NCBI GenBank assembly: GCA_024280885.1
Contig: JAJRPF010000044.1
Location: 25,622 to 89,621, forward strand
Source: Planctomycetota bacterium
Lineage (GTDB): Bacteria > Planctomycetota > JAJSAM01 > JAJVHW01
DNA: 64,000 nt
Direction: 5' to 3'
The first letter of the stretch is position 1. Every line of letters begins with the position of its first letter. Under the pieces are notes generated by a model, which saw only the letters and a program-made list of their open reading frames with translations, did no database searches and was not told where the DNA came from. Below, in pieces: positions 40,450 through 48,489 of this stretch. The translations under genes and the position numbers were made by a program.

Positions 40450-40737
40450 CTACGCCAGCCCGCTCCGAATCGCGTCGTTCATCCGGCGGACCGCCGCGCG
40501 TACGCGCTCGACCGTGACGGTGCCCGAATCCCCGGTTGCGGCGACATACTCCAGCGTCGCCTCGTGCGCGCCAGGAGCCAACTCCGAGTCGAAGACCGTC
40601 TCGAGGGTGCGTAGTCCGTCGCGCATCCACTGCGGAGGAGCGACGCGCTGGAGTACCTGACCGCTCCCGGCCTGCAGTGCGTGGACGTCGGCGCTTGACA
40701 GGATTACAGGTGTAGTTACGATTACATCCGTAGTCAA
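40450..40737 (-). CDS. Possible small hypothetical protein or remnant divergent from blaI
   Basis: Coding-like GC3 in the 3' two-thirds; 5' end overlaps the BlaI operators. Confidence 0.25.
   Translation of the reverse strand: MTTDVIVTTPVILSSADVHALQAGSGQVLQRVAPPQWMRDGLRTLETVFDSELAPGAHEATLEYVAATGDSGTVTVERVRAAVRRMNDAIRSGLA
40695..40732 (+). promoter_or_regulatory. Promoter with two BlaI/CopY-type operators
   Basis: TTGACA at 40695; TACA-GG-TGTA at 40705-40714; TACA-TC-CGTA at 40723-40732. Confidence 0.8.
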
Positions 40738-40748
40738 AGGAGGGCGGG

Positions 40749-41126
40749 ATGGCGAACGTACCCCGGATCAGCGATGCGGAATGGGAAGTGATGAACGTGG
40801 TGTGGGATGACCATCCGGTCGGTGCTGCGGACGTGGTCGCGCGTCTCCTGTCCCAGCGAGATTGGTCGGACAATACTGTCAAGACGCTGCTCGGACGGCT
40901 GGTGCGCAAGGGGGCGCTCGAATTCGACGTGGAGGGTCGGCGCTATCTCTACCGGCCCAAGGTGTCGCGCGAGCGCTGTGTACGGGAGGAGAGCCGGTCG
41001 TTCGTCGAGCGCGTGTTCGGTGGGAAGGCGAGTCCGCTGCTGGCGCACATGGTGCGGGACGCGCAGTTGACGGCCGCCGAGATCGCCGAGTTGCGGCGCG
41101 TCCTCGATGGGAAGGAGGCGGTCTGA
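40749..41126 (+). CDS. blaI: BlaI/MecI/CopY family repressor
   Basis: ISDAEWEVMNVVW, WSDNTVKTLLGRLVRKG, FVERVFGG. Confidence 0.93.
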   Translation: MANVPRISDAEWEVMNVVWDDHPVGAADVVARLLSQRDWSDNTVKTLLGRLVRKGALEFDVEGRRYLYRPKVSRERCVREESRSFVERVFGGKASPLLAHMVRDAQLTAAEIAELRRVLDGKEAV

Positions 41127-43624
41127 TGCTCGAGTTGCTGCACTCCGCGTCCGTCGTCCTGGCAGATTGGTTCCTGGAGACGTCGGTTCAAGTTGCGGTT
41201 CTCGTTGCGGTGGTCTGGACGGTCTGCGCCGTTGCGGGCGAGCGCCTGACGGCGCGCTGGCGCTACGCCCTCTGGGCCCTGGTCTTCGTGCGGTTGCTCC
41301 TGCCCGTCGTTCCGTCATCGCCGGTCAGCTTGCACAACGTCGGGGGCGCCGTGGCGAGTGTTGATTCGGTGACGGATCGATCGGAAGGCGCCGCATCAAG
41401 TGCGTCGCCGAACACGGCGCGTGACCGGACCGGTCCCGCAGATCCCGATGACCGGTCGACGTCGCCGACGGCGGAGATCGCCCCCGCCGAACCAGCCGAC
41501 GACGAGCACGGCGCGGCGAGTTCTGCTCCTACGGGACACGGCTCAATCTTCGCGGCGATCGATCGCGATGGCCCTGACATCGAAGCAACCGAGAGTCGAT
41601 CAACGACCGCGTCCGCGATGTCGACGGCGTGGCCGTGGCGGTCATCGGCCCTCCTGCTCTGGCTGACGGGTGCGGCGCTTGCGCTCGGATGGACGCTCTT
41701 TCGCGAGCTCCGTTTCGTCCGGCGTCTCCGCGCGGCACGGATCGTCGATGAACCGCGCGTCGAGGCGACGCTGGCCGCGCTACTCACGCAAGCCGGCGTG
41801 ACGCGCCGCGTGCGCGTGGTACGAACCGACCTCGTCGATGGGCCTGCGCTGACGGGTGTGTTGCGCCCGCGGATTCTGATTCCAGGCCGGGTCCTCGATG
41901 GTCTCTCGGATGTCGAGTTGCGCCACGTTCTGGCACATGAGGTCGAGCACCTGCGTGCCGGGGACGTACTGCAGAACTGGGTCATGGCCGCGCTGACGGC
42001 GCTGCATTGGTTCAACCCGCTCGTGCGCCTTGCCGTCGCGCGCCTGCGGGTCGAACGCGAGGCGCTGCGCGACCTCGCGGCGTTGAGGGGGGAGCCGCAG
42101 GAAGCGCGTCAGGCCTACGGGCGGACGCTGCTGCGATTGTTGGAGTCGGGTGCGCGCCCATCGGCGCGGCCCATGGCGGTGAGCTTGCTGGAGCGTCGTC
42201 GCGACCTCAGAAGGAGAATAGAGATGATCGCTCGGGACGGAAGCGGCGGACGCCGCGCGTGGTTGGTGGGCGGGGTCGTCACGCTGGCGGTGATGGCGGT
42301 CGGGATGACGGGGGCGACGTCGGGGCCGGCCGCGGCGCAGGATGACGATGCCGGAGCGGACGTCGATCGTTCCCGCGGGTCCGGCGACGGTCGCGGGTCA
42401 CTGCCTCCGCCCGCGGATGGGACGCGCATCGTCAATATGAACCGCATGGACAAGGCCGTACTGGGAGCGTTCGTTGCAACGGAAACCGGTCGTATTCACG
42501 TCGAACGCCGTACGCCACCGCCTGTGTGGGACGCGCCGCTACGTGCGAAGCTCGATCTCCGCGTGGATCTGACGGGCGGCCGCATGACGGCAACCGCGTT
42601 CCTTGCCGAATGGAGCGAGGCCGCCGGAATCGAGGTGGTCGTGCACGAACAGTCGCGCAAGGGCGTCACCGACGCGCACGTTGTCGTCCCCGGCGGCGTT
42701 GCGAGTGCGCGTTCTCTCCTCGAGACGTGCTTGGAGCAGTTGGATCTCGCGTACTCGCAGGTCGAAGGGAATGTCGTCGTCGGCGTATCACACCAGATTC
42801 CGATCGACGCCGATCAGCGCTTCTATCGCATCGAACCGATTGTCGAGCAGGCGCTCGCGCAGATGCCTCGGAACGCTGACGACTTTGCCGTGGAGGACTG
42901 GGACGACGATGTGCTCAGCGGGCTGCGCTCCGAGTTCCGAGCGAGTGTTATGGACCTGATCCACGTCTTCGTGCCCGACGGGTCCTGGGAGGGCGAGGGC
43001 GCCAGCATGGTCGAGTGGCGCGGGCTCCTGCTCATCAATCAATCGGAGCGCGTGCATGCGCGGATCGAGGCGTTTCTGAACATGTTGTTGCGCCGCGAGA
43101 TCGCGTCGGACGCGGCTCCGGCGTGGCGCGCCGAATCGGACAAGGCGCTCTCCCGGATCGTCTCATTCCAATTCGGTGGGGCTGCTCTCGGTGACGTGGC
43201 CGCCTATCTCAGCAAGACGACGGGGATCACCGTGATCGTCCCGCTCGATGCCGCCGAGGAAGTCCCGATCAATCTGAAACTGGCCGATGTGCCCGTTCTT
43301 GTGGCGCTTCAGACCATCGCGCGGATGAGCCGCCTCCACTTGATTGTGCGAGAAGGTGCGGTCATCTTGCGGAGCGCCCCCCCGATGGTCGTGCGCCCGT
43401 ACGAAATCCGTGGTGGTCTCGTGGAGGTCGATTCGCAGGGGCAGGAGCATCCGGACCCGCTGATTAATCTCGTGCAATACTCGGCGGCGCCGCGCTCATG
43501 GGAGGAGTTCGAGAGCGCAGCCATCGTTCCCTTCGACGGCATGCTGATCGTGCGTAACACCGAGGCTGCTCACGCCAAGATCGCGGAGTTCCTTGCCGCG
43601 GCGCGGCGTGCGCTCGCGAAGTAG
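41126..43624 (+). CDS. BlaR1-type M56 metallopeptidase with C-terminal STN/secretin-N-like repeats
   Basis: RWRYALWALV, GPALTGVLRPRILIP, LAHEVEH, HWFNPL, CE-equivalent EALRD; C-terminal two repeats of an STN-like plus N-domain-like unit. Confidence 0.85.
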   Translation: MLELLHSASVVLADWFLETSVQVAVLVAVVWTVCAVAGERLTARWRYALWALVFVRLLLPVVPSSPVSLHNVGGAVASVDSVTDRSEGAASSASPNTARDRTGPADPDDRSTSPTAEIAPAEPADDEHGAASSAPTGHGSIFAAIDRDGPDIEATESRSTTASAMSTAWPWRSSALLLWLTGAALALGWTLFRELRFVRRLRAARIVDEPRVEATLAALLTQAGVTRRVRVVRTDLVDGPALTGVLRPRILIPGRVLDGLSDVELRHVLAHEVEHLRAGDVLQNWVMAALTALHWFNPLVRLAVARLRVEREALRDLAALRGEPQEARQAYGRTLLRLLESGARPSARPMAVSLLERRRDLRRRIEMIARDGSGGRRAWLVGGVVTLAVMAVGMTGATSGPAAAQDDDAGADVDRSRGSGDGRGSLPPPADGTRIVNMNRMDKAVLGAFVATETGRIHVERRTPPPVWDAPLRAKLDLRVDLTGGRMTATAFLAEWSEAAGIEVVVHEQSRKGVTDAHVVVPGGVASARSLLETCLEQLDLAYSQVEGNVVVGVSHQIPIDADQRFYRIEPIVEQALAQMPRNADDFAVEDWDDDVLSGLRSEFRASVMDLIHVFVPDGSWEGEGASMVEWRGLLLINQSERVHARIEAFLNMLLRREIASDAAPAWRAESDKALSRIVSFQFGGAALGDVAAYLSKTTGITVIVPLDAAEEVPINLKLADVPVLVALQTIARMSRLHLIVREGAVILRSAPPMVVRPYEIRGGLVEVDSQGQEHPDPLINLVQYSAAPRSWEEFESAAIVPFDGMLIVRNTEAAHAKIAEFLAAARRALAK

Positions 43625-43637
43625 CCGGGCAACCGAT

Positions 43638-43674
43638 CCCGAGAAACCCAATTCCGAGAAACTGGGCTCTCGGG
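43638..43674 (+). terminator. Hairpin after the M56 gene
   Basis: cccgagaaaccca ... tgggctctcggg. Confidence 0.4.
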
Positions 43675-43675
43675 C

Positions 43676-43700
43676 GTAACCTTCTCCGGCGCTTCCGTCA
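43676..43700 (+). promoter_or_regulatory. Candidate ECF-type promoter of the kinase-sigma operon
   Basis: GTAAC-N16-GTCA upstream of a GGAGG RBS. Confidence 0.45.
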
Positions 43701-43727
43701 CTGGTAAGTGAACGGAGGACTGCTGCG

Positions 43728-45524
43728 ATGAGTGAAACCCATAACTGCCCGAAATGTGAAACCCCCCTGCCGGCCGATGCGCCGGAGGGGACGTGCCCGA
43801 GGTGTTTGCTCGCCGCGGGTCTCGAGAGCGCGGACGGCGGCGCCACGGGCGCCGCGCCTGACCTCACGACCGTCGCGGAGCAGTTCCCCGAATTGGAGGT
43901 CCTTTCGGAGCTCGGCCGCGGGGGGATGGGCGTTGTCTACAAGGCGCGCCAGAAGAATCTCGAGCGGCTCGTGGCGCTGAAGGTGTTGCCGCGCGAGATC
44001 GTCGAGGGCGACGAGGGTTCCGTGCGCTTCGAAGAGCGCTTCACGAGAGAGGCCCGGGCGCTCGCGCGTCTCAGCCATCCGAACATCGTGGGAGTGCACG
44101 AGTTCGGTGAGCGGGAAGGCGTCTACTACTTCCTCATGGAGTACGTGGACGGCGCGAACTTGCGCCAGGCGATGCGCACCGGAGATCTCACTCCGGTCCA
44201 GGCGCTGGCGATCGTGCCGCAAATTTGCGACGCGTTGCAGTACGCGCACGACCAGGGCGTCGTGCATCGCGACATCAAGCCGGAGAACGTGCTTCTCGAC
44301 AAGCAGGGGACCGTCAAGATCGCGGACTTCGGACTCGCGAAGTTGATGACGAAGACGCCCGATGATCGGACGCTCACCCGACAGGGACTCGTGATGGGGA
44401 CGCCGCACTACATGGCGCCCGAGCAGATCGAGAAGCCGGACGAGGTCGATCATCGCGCCGACATCTACAGCCTCGGCGTCGTGCTCTACGAGATGCTGAC
44501 GGGCGAGCTGCCGATCGGGCGTTTCGCGCCGCCATCCGAGAAGGTGCGGATCGACGTGCGTCTGGACGAGGTCGTGCTGCGCGCGCTTGAGAAGGACGCG
44601 GACCGCCGTTACCAGGCGGTGATCGACGTCAAGACGGGGATCGGAGAGGCGAGCGCGGCGGAGGGCGCGGGCGACCGGGAGTTCAAGAAGGAGGCGTCGT
44701 TTCAGGTCGGCGGCGGGGACAAGAAGAGTCGAAGAAGCAGTCTCGCGATGTGGGCGTTCCTGCTCCCGATCGCCGGTTTCGGCCTCTCCGTTGTTCTGTC
44801 GATCGCAGCCACGCTCTTCGCCCCAGAGCGCACCCCCGACTCAGGGAGTGCGACGACAGCGCGTACGCTCGTGATGGGGATGAGTTCATTCTCCGGAGTC
44901 GCAGTCCTGGTCGGTCTGATCCTCGCCGTGGTCGCACTGGTCCGGATCCAGCGCAGCGGAGGGCGCTTGCACGGAACCGGTTTCGCGATTGCTGCGCTCG
45001 TGCTGCCGCTGTTGTGCTGTCTCCCCGGCGTCGGCGCTCTGTGGATGGCAACGCTGCGTTCAGAGGTGGATCACCCGGCCCCGATCCGGGACGAGACCGC
45101 ACAGATCGAGCTGAGTCGGCGCGTGTTACCGAGCGACGTTGGCGACCTCATCCATGTCGCAGATCGGACCGTGCGCATCACGCTGTCGAGTTCGGCCTCG
45201 CGCGCCGATCTCGCGGTGGACCGACGAGGCGCGGCGTTTGGCGAGCCAAACCACGATTTCGAGCCTCTTCGCGAAGGGCAGGTCTTTGTCGTCGAGCGCA
45301 TCGAGATGCGTCGCTTCAGCGGCTCAGGGGAGATCGCGCTTCACATTGGCGACGAGGTCGTGCCGTTCGGAGCGACCGCATCCTCAACCCTGACTCCGCT
45401 GTGGTCGGGCCGCTTCGATGTCGCAGCAGGGGCGGAAGCCGACGTCTGGCTGGACGGCGAGTACGGGGATGTGGCGGCGGTCGACGTCATCGGCCGTCTG
45501 TACCGCGTCCGGGAGAACGAGTGA
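43728..45524 (+). CDS. Hanks-type Ser/Thr kinase with N-terminal Zn ribbon and C-terminal DUF4190-like TM region
   Basis: CPKC..CPRC; LGRGGMGVVY, VALK, HRDIKPEN, DFG, GTPHYMAPE; TM pair GLILAVVALVRIQRSGGRLHGTGFAIAAL. Confidence 0.93.
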   Translation: MSETHNCPKCETPLPADAPEGTCPRCLLAAGLESADGGATGAAPDLTTVAEQFPELEVLSELGRGGMGVVYKARQKNLERLVALKVLPREIVEGDEGSVRFEERFTREARALARLSHPNIVGVHEFGEREGVYYFLMEYVDGANLRQAMRTGDLTPVQALAIVPQICDALQYAHDQGVVHRDIKPENVLLDKQGTVKIADFGLAKLMTKTPDDRTLTRQGLVMGTPHYMAPEQIEKPDEVDHRADIYSLGVVLYEMLTGELPIGRFAPPSEKVRIDVRLDEVVLRALEKDADRRYQAVIDVKTGIGEASAAEGAGDREFKKEASFQVGGGDKKSRRSSLAMWAFLLPIAGFGLSVVLSIAATLFAPERTPDSGSATTARTLVMGMSSFSGVAVLVGLILAVVALVRIQRSGGRLHGTGFAIAALVLPLLCCLPGVGALWMATLRSEVDHPAPIRDETAQIELSRRVLPSDVGDLIHVADRTVRITLSSSASRADLAVDRRGAAFGEPNHDFEPLREGQVFVVERIEMRRFSGSGEIALHIGDEVVPFGATASSTLTPLWSGRFDVAAGAEADVWLDGEYGDVAAVDVIGRLYRVRENE

Positions 45525-46249
45525 GTCCCGACGGACCCCGTGGCGGCGCCCGCTTCGCGACCACGCAGTGGAGCATCGTTGTCGCCGCGGCGCAGGGCGA
45601 CGATACCGCGGGGCGAGATGCGCTCGCCGCGCTGTGCAAACGCTACTGGTATCCACTCTACGCGTTCGCGCGGCGCCGCGGCGCGGGCGAGCACGCGGCG
45701 CAGGATCTGGTCCAGGGCTTCTTCGCCCTCGTGCTGGAGAAGGACTACATCGCCGCGGTGGATCGCGATCGCGGGCGCTTCCGTTCGTTCCTGATGGCGG
45801 CGTTCACGAACTACACGTCGAACGAGCGGGAGAAGGCCGGCGCCCAGAAGCGCGGCGGAGACCAGACGGTGCTCTCGCTCAACATGTCGAAGGGCGAGGA
45901 GTGGTATGCGCTCGAGCCCGCTGATTACCAGACACCCGAACGCATCTTCGAGCGTCGCTGGGCGCTGACCGTACTCGACAAGGTGCTGGCCGAGTTGCGC
46001 GCGGAGTTCGTTGCGTCGGGCAAGTCCCGGTTCTTCGCGGCGCTGCTCCCCTACGTCGTCGGCGGATCACCACTCCCCTCGTACCGCGAGGCGGGCGAGA
46101 CGCTGCGCATGACCGAAGGCGCCGTGAAGGTCGCCGTCCACCGCATGCGACGGAGATACCGCGATCTGCTGCGGGCTGCCGTCGCCGACACGGTCAGCGA
46201 CGCCGCGCAGGTGGACGACGAGTTGCAACACCTGATCAACGCTCTCTGA
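45521..46249 (+). CDS. ECF sigma factor of the planctomycete kinase-associated type
   Basis: RFATTQWSIV N-terminal motif; RGRFRSFL; FERRWA; AVKVAVHRMRRRY; GTGA overlap with the kinase. Confidence 0.88.
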   Translation: MSPDGPRGGARFATTQWSIVVAAAQGDDTAGRDALAALCKRYWYPLYAFARRRGAGEHAAQDLVQGFFALVLEKDYIAAVDRDRGRFRSFLMAAFTNYTSNEREKAGAQKRGGDQTVLSLNMSKGEEWYALEPADYQTPERIFERRWALTVLDKVLAELRAEFVASGKSRFFAALLPYVVGGSPLPSYREAGETLRMTEGAVKVAVHRMRRRYRDLLRAAVADTVSDAAQVDDELQHLINAL

Positions 46250-46275
46250 GCGGAGACCCAACCGAGCGCTGAGAT

Positions 46276-46974
46276 CTACCGTGGGTTCGTGGCCCAAAGA
46301 GTGGCGTCGGTGACGAAGCCGCGATCGGCGAGCGTGATCAACGACACGATCAGGTGCGCGCAATCCTCCGCGCGTAGCTTGGACGGGTTGAACTCGGTGG
46401 GCTCGTCGCGCCCGCCGAACCCGGTTTGCACTTCACTCGGATTGACCTGCATCACGCGAATGTCGTGCTGTCGCAACTCCGCGCGCCAGCATTCGGTCAG
46501 TGCCGAGAGGGCGAACTTGCTCGCGGCGTATGTACTGCCGCCAGGAAAGCCCTTGTTCGACGCCGTCGAGCCGACGTTCACGATCGTCCCGCCGTCGCCC
46601 GCGATGAAGAGCTTCGCGCACTCGCGCGCCATGAGCGTTGCACCGACGACGTTGGTCGCCAGCACGCGCGTCATGTCGGCGGCGTCCGTGTCCACGAGCT
46701 TCGCGAACGTCCCGAACGCCGCGTTGTTGATGAGCACGTTCAGACCGCCGAGCGCATCATTCGCCGCGGCGACAATCCGCACTGCATCGGCATCGACGGA
46801 GACATCCCCCCGGATGGCAGCGAAGCCAAACTCGTCGCGCACTCGCTGGAGCGGTTCAGCGCGCCGTCCACAGACCGCGATTTGCGCACCACCCGCCGCC
46901 ATCGCGCGCGCCGTCGCCAGCCCGATCCCGGTCGCGCCACCCGTCACCAACACCGTCGCCTGAGACAATTCCAT
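46276..46974 (-). CDS. Short-chain dehydrogenase/reductase
   Basis: VTGGATGIG, INNA, YAASK. Confidence 0.92.
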   Translation of the reverse strand: MELSQATVLVTGGATGIGLATARAMAAGGAQIAVCGRRAEPLQRVRDEFGFAAIRGDVSVDADAVRIVAAANDALGGLNVLINNAAFGTFAKLVDTDAADMTRVLATNVVGATLMARECAKLFIAGDGGTIVNVGSTASNKGFPGGSTYAASKFALSALTECWRAELRQHDIRVMQVNPSEVQTGFGGRDEPTEFNPSKLRAEDCAHLIVSLITLADRGFVTDATLWATNPR

Positions 46975-47001
46975 GAACCCCTCCGTCGCATAACCAGCCC
47001 G

Positions 47002-47103
47002 AGACCGGGTCTGTTTTCGCGCCTTTTCCGACGACGACAGTAGCCGAGATACGCCTCAGCCCCCCATTGTCGAGGCTAAAAGGCGCGAAGACAGACCCGG
47101 TCT
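47002..47103. repeat. 102-bp element with 26-bp terminal inverted repeats
   Basis: agaccgggtctgttttcgcgcctttt ... aaaaggcgcgaagacagacccggtct. Confidence 0.85.
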
Positions 47104-47124
47104 GTCTGTCGGTTTGTCAGTCGG

Positions 47125-48489
47125 TCATGAGATGTCGAGCGGAGCTATGGAGTCGGCGAACTTCGCTCTCTCCACTCCCGCCGCGTTCAGCATCGTGAGG
47201 TAGAGGTCTGCGAGCGGCGTCTCCTTGCGATGGACGATGTGGCGCCCGGGACGCACCGCCCCTCCGCCGCGGCCCGCGAGCAGGATCGGGAGATGATCGT
47301 GGTTGTGGCGATTGCCGTCGGCGATCCCGCTGCCGTACATCACGAGCGTGTTGTCGAGGAGCGTTCCATCGCCGTCGTCGACGCGTCGCAACCGGTCCAC
47401 CAGATGTGCGAACTGCTCGACGTGGTAGCGATCGATCTTGCGGATCTTCGCGTTCTTCTCCGCCTTGCCGCCGTGATGGGAGAGGCCGTGCCATCCCTCG
47501 GGGACGCCGAGCCACCCAAAGCTGCGTCCGCTCCCGGCGTTGCCGACCATCAGCGTGACGACGCGCGTCTGATCCGATTGCAATGCGAGGACGAGCAGGT
47601 CGGACATCAATCGCAGGTGCTCGCTGGGGTCCCGTGGGATGCCGCTCGGTCGATCGATCGGGAGCTGCAACTCACCGTCGTCGCGGGCTTTCTCGGCAAC
47701 CTGTATTCGACGCTCGATCTCGCGTATCCCGGATAGGTACTCGTCGAGTTTGGCGCGATCGCCTGCGCCGAGCTTGCCACCGAGCCGAGTCGCCTCTTCA
47801 CGGACGTGATCGAGCACACTCGCGCGCGTTCGCAGGCGTCGCGTGGCGTCCGCCGGGGACTCGCCCTCGCGACGGTCGAGGAAGAGCCGCTCGAAGACCA
47901 GTCGCGGATCGATCTCCTTCGCATTTGGAGTTGTCGGCGACCGCCACGAGATATTGGACGAGTACGCACACGAGTACCCCGAGTCGCATTCGCCCGATTG
48001 CGCGCCGCGTTCGAGGCCGAGTTCCAGCGACGCGAAGCGCGTCGCGCGTCCGACGCTTGCCGCGGCCACCTGGTCCACCGAGATGCCGGAGCGAATGCCC
48101 GCTCCGCCGGTTTTCACAGGGTGCGCCGCGGTCAGGAACGATGACGCGGAGCGGGCGTGGTCTCCGGGCCCGTCGCCGTGAGGGCGCCCGCCGTTGAGCG
48201 TCAATCCCGAGAGTACCGTGACGTGCTCGCGCACATCCGCCAACGGCTCGAGCGTCGCCGGGAGTTCGAACGCAGTCCCTTCCGCGACCGGTCGCCACGT
48301 CGGGACGTGTACACCGTTCGGGACGAAGATCCACACCAACCTGACCGGCGCTGCCGGACTCCCGCCCTGGCGCGCCCACGCCAGTGCAGGGCACATCGCA
48401 TCGAGCATCGGAAGTGCTACGGCCGCGCCCACCCCGCGCAGAAACGTGCGCCGCGAGAGCGCCCGCCCGATCGGATCTCGCCACGTCAT
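47125..48489 (-). CDS. DUF1552 domain protein (Tat-exported)
   Basis: SRRTFLRG; LPMLDAM; GDHAR; ISVDQVAA; CDSGYSCAY; GNRHNHDHLP. Confidence 0.9.
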   Translation of the reverse strand: MTWRDPIGRALSRRTFLRGVGAAVALPMLDAMCPALAWARQGGSPAAPVRLVWIFVPNGVHVPTWRPVAEGTAFELPATLEPLADVREHVTVLSGLTLNGGRPHGDGPGDHARSASSFLTAAHPVKTGGAGIRSGISVDQVAAASVGRATRFASLELGLERGAQSGECDSGYSCAYSSNISWRSPTTPNAKEIDPRLVFERLFLDRREGESPADATRRLRTRASVLDHVREEATRLGGKLGAGDRAKLDEYLSGIREIERRIQVAEKARDDGELQLPIDRPSGIPRDPSEHLRLMSDLLVLALQSDQTRVVTLMVGNAGSGRSFGWLGVPEGWHGLSHHGGKAEKNAKIRKIDRYHVEQFAHLVDRLRRVDDGDGTLLDNTLVMYGSGIADGNRHNHDHLPILLAGRGGGAVRPGRHIVHRKETPLADLYLTMLNAAGVERAKFADSIAPLDIS

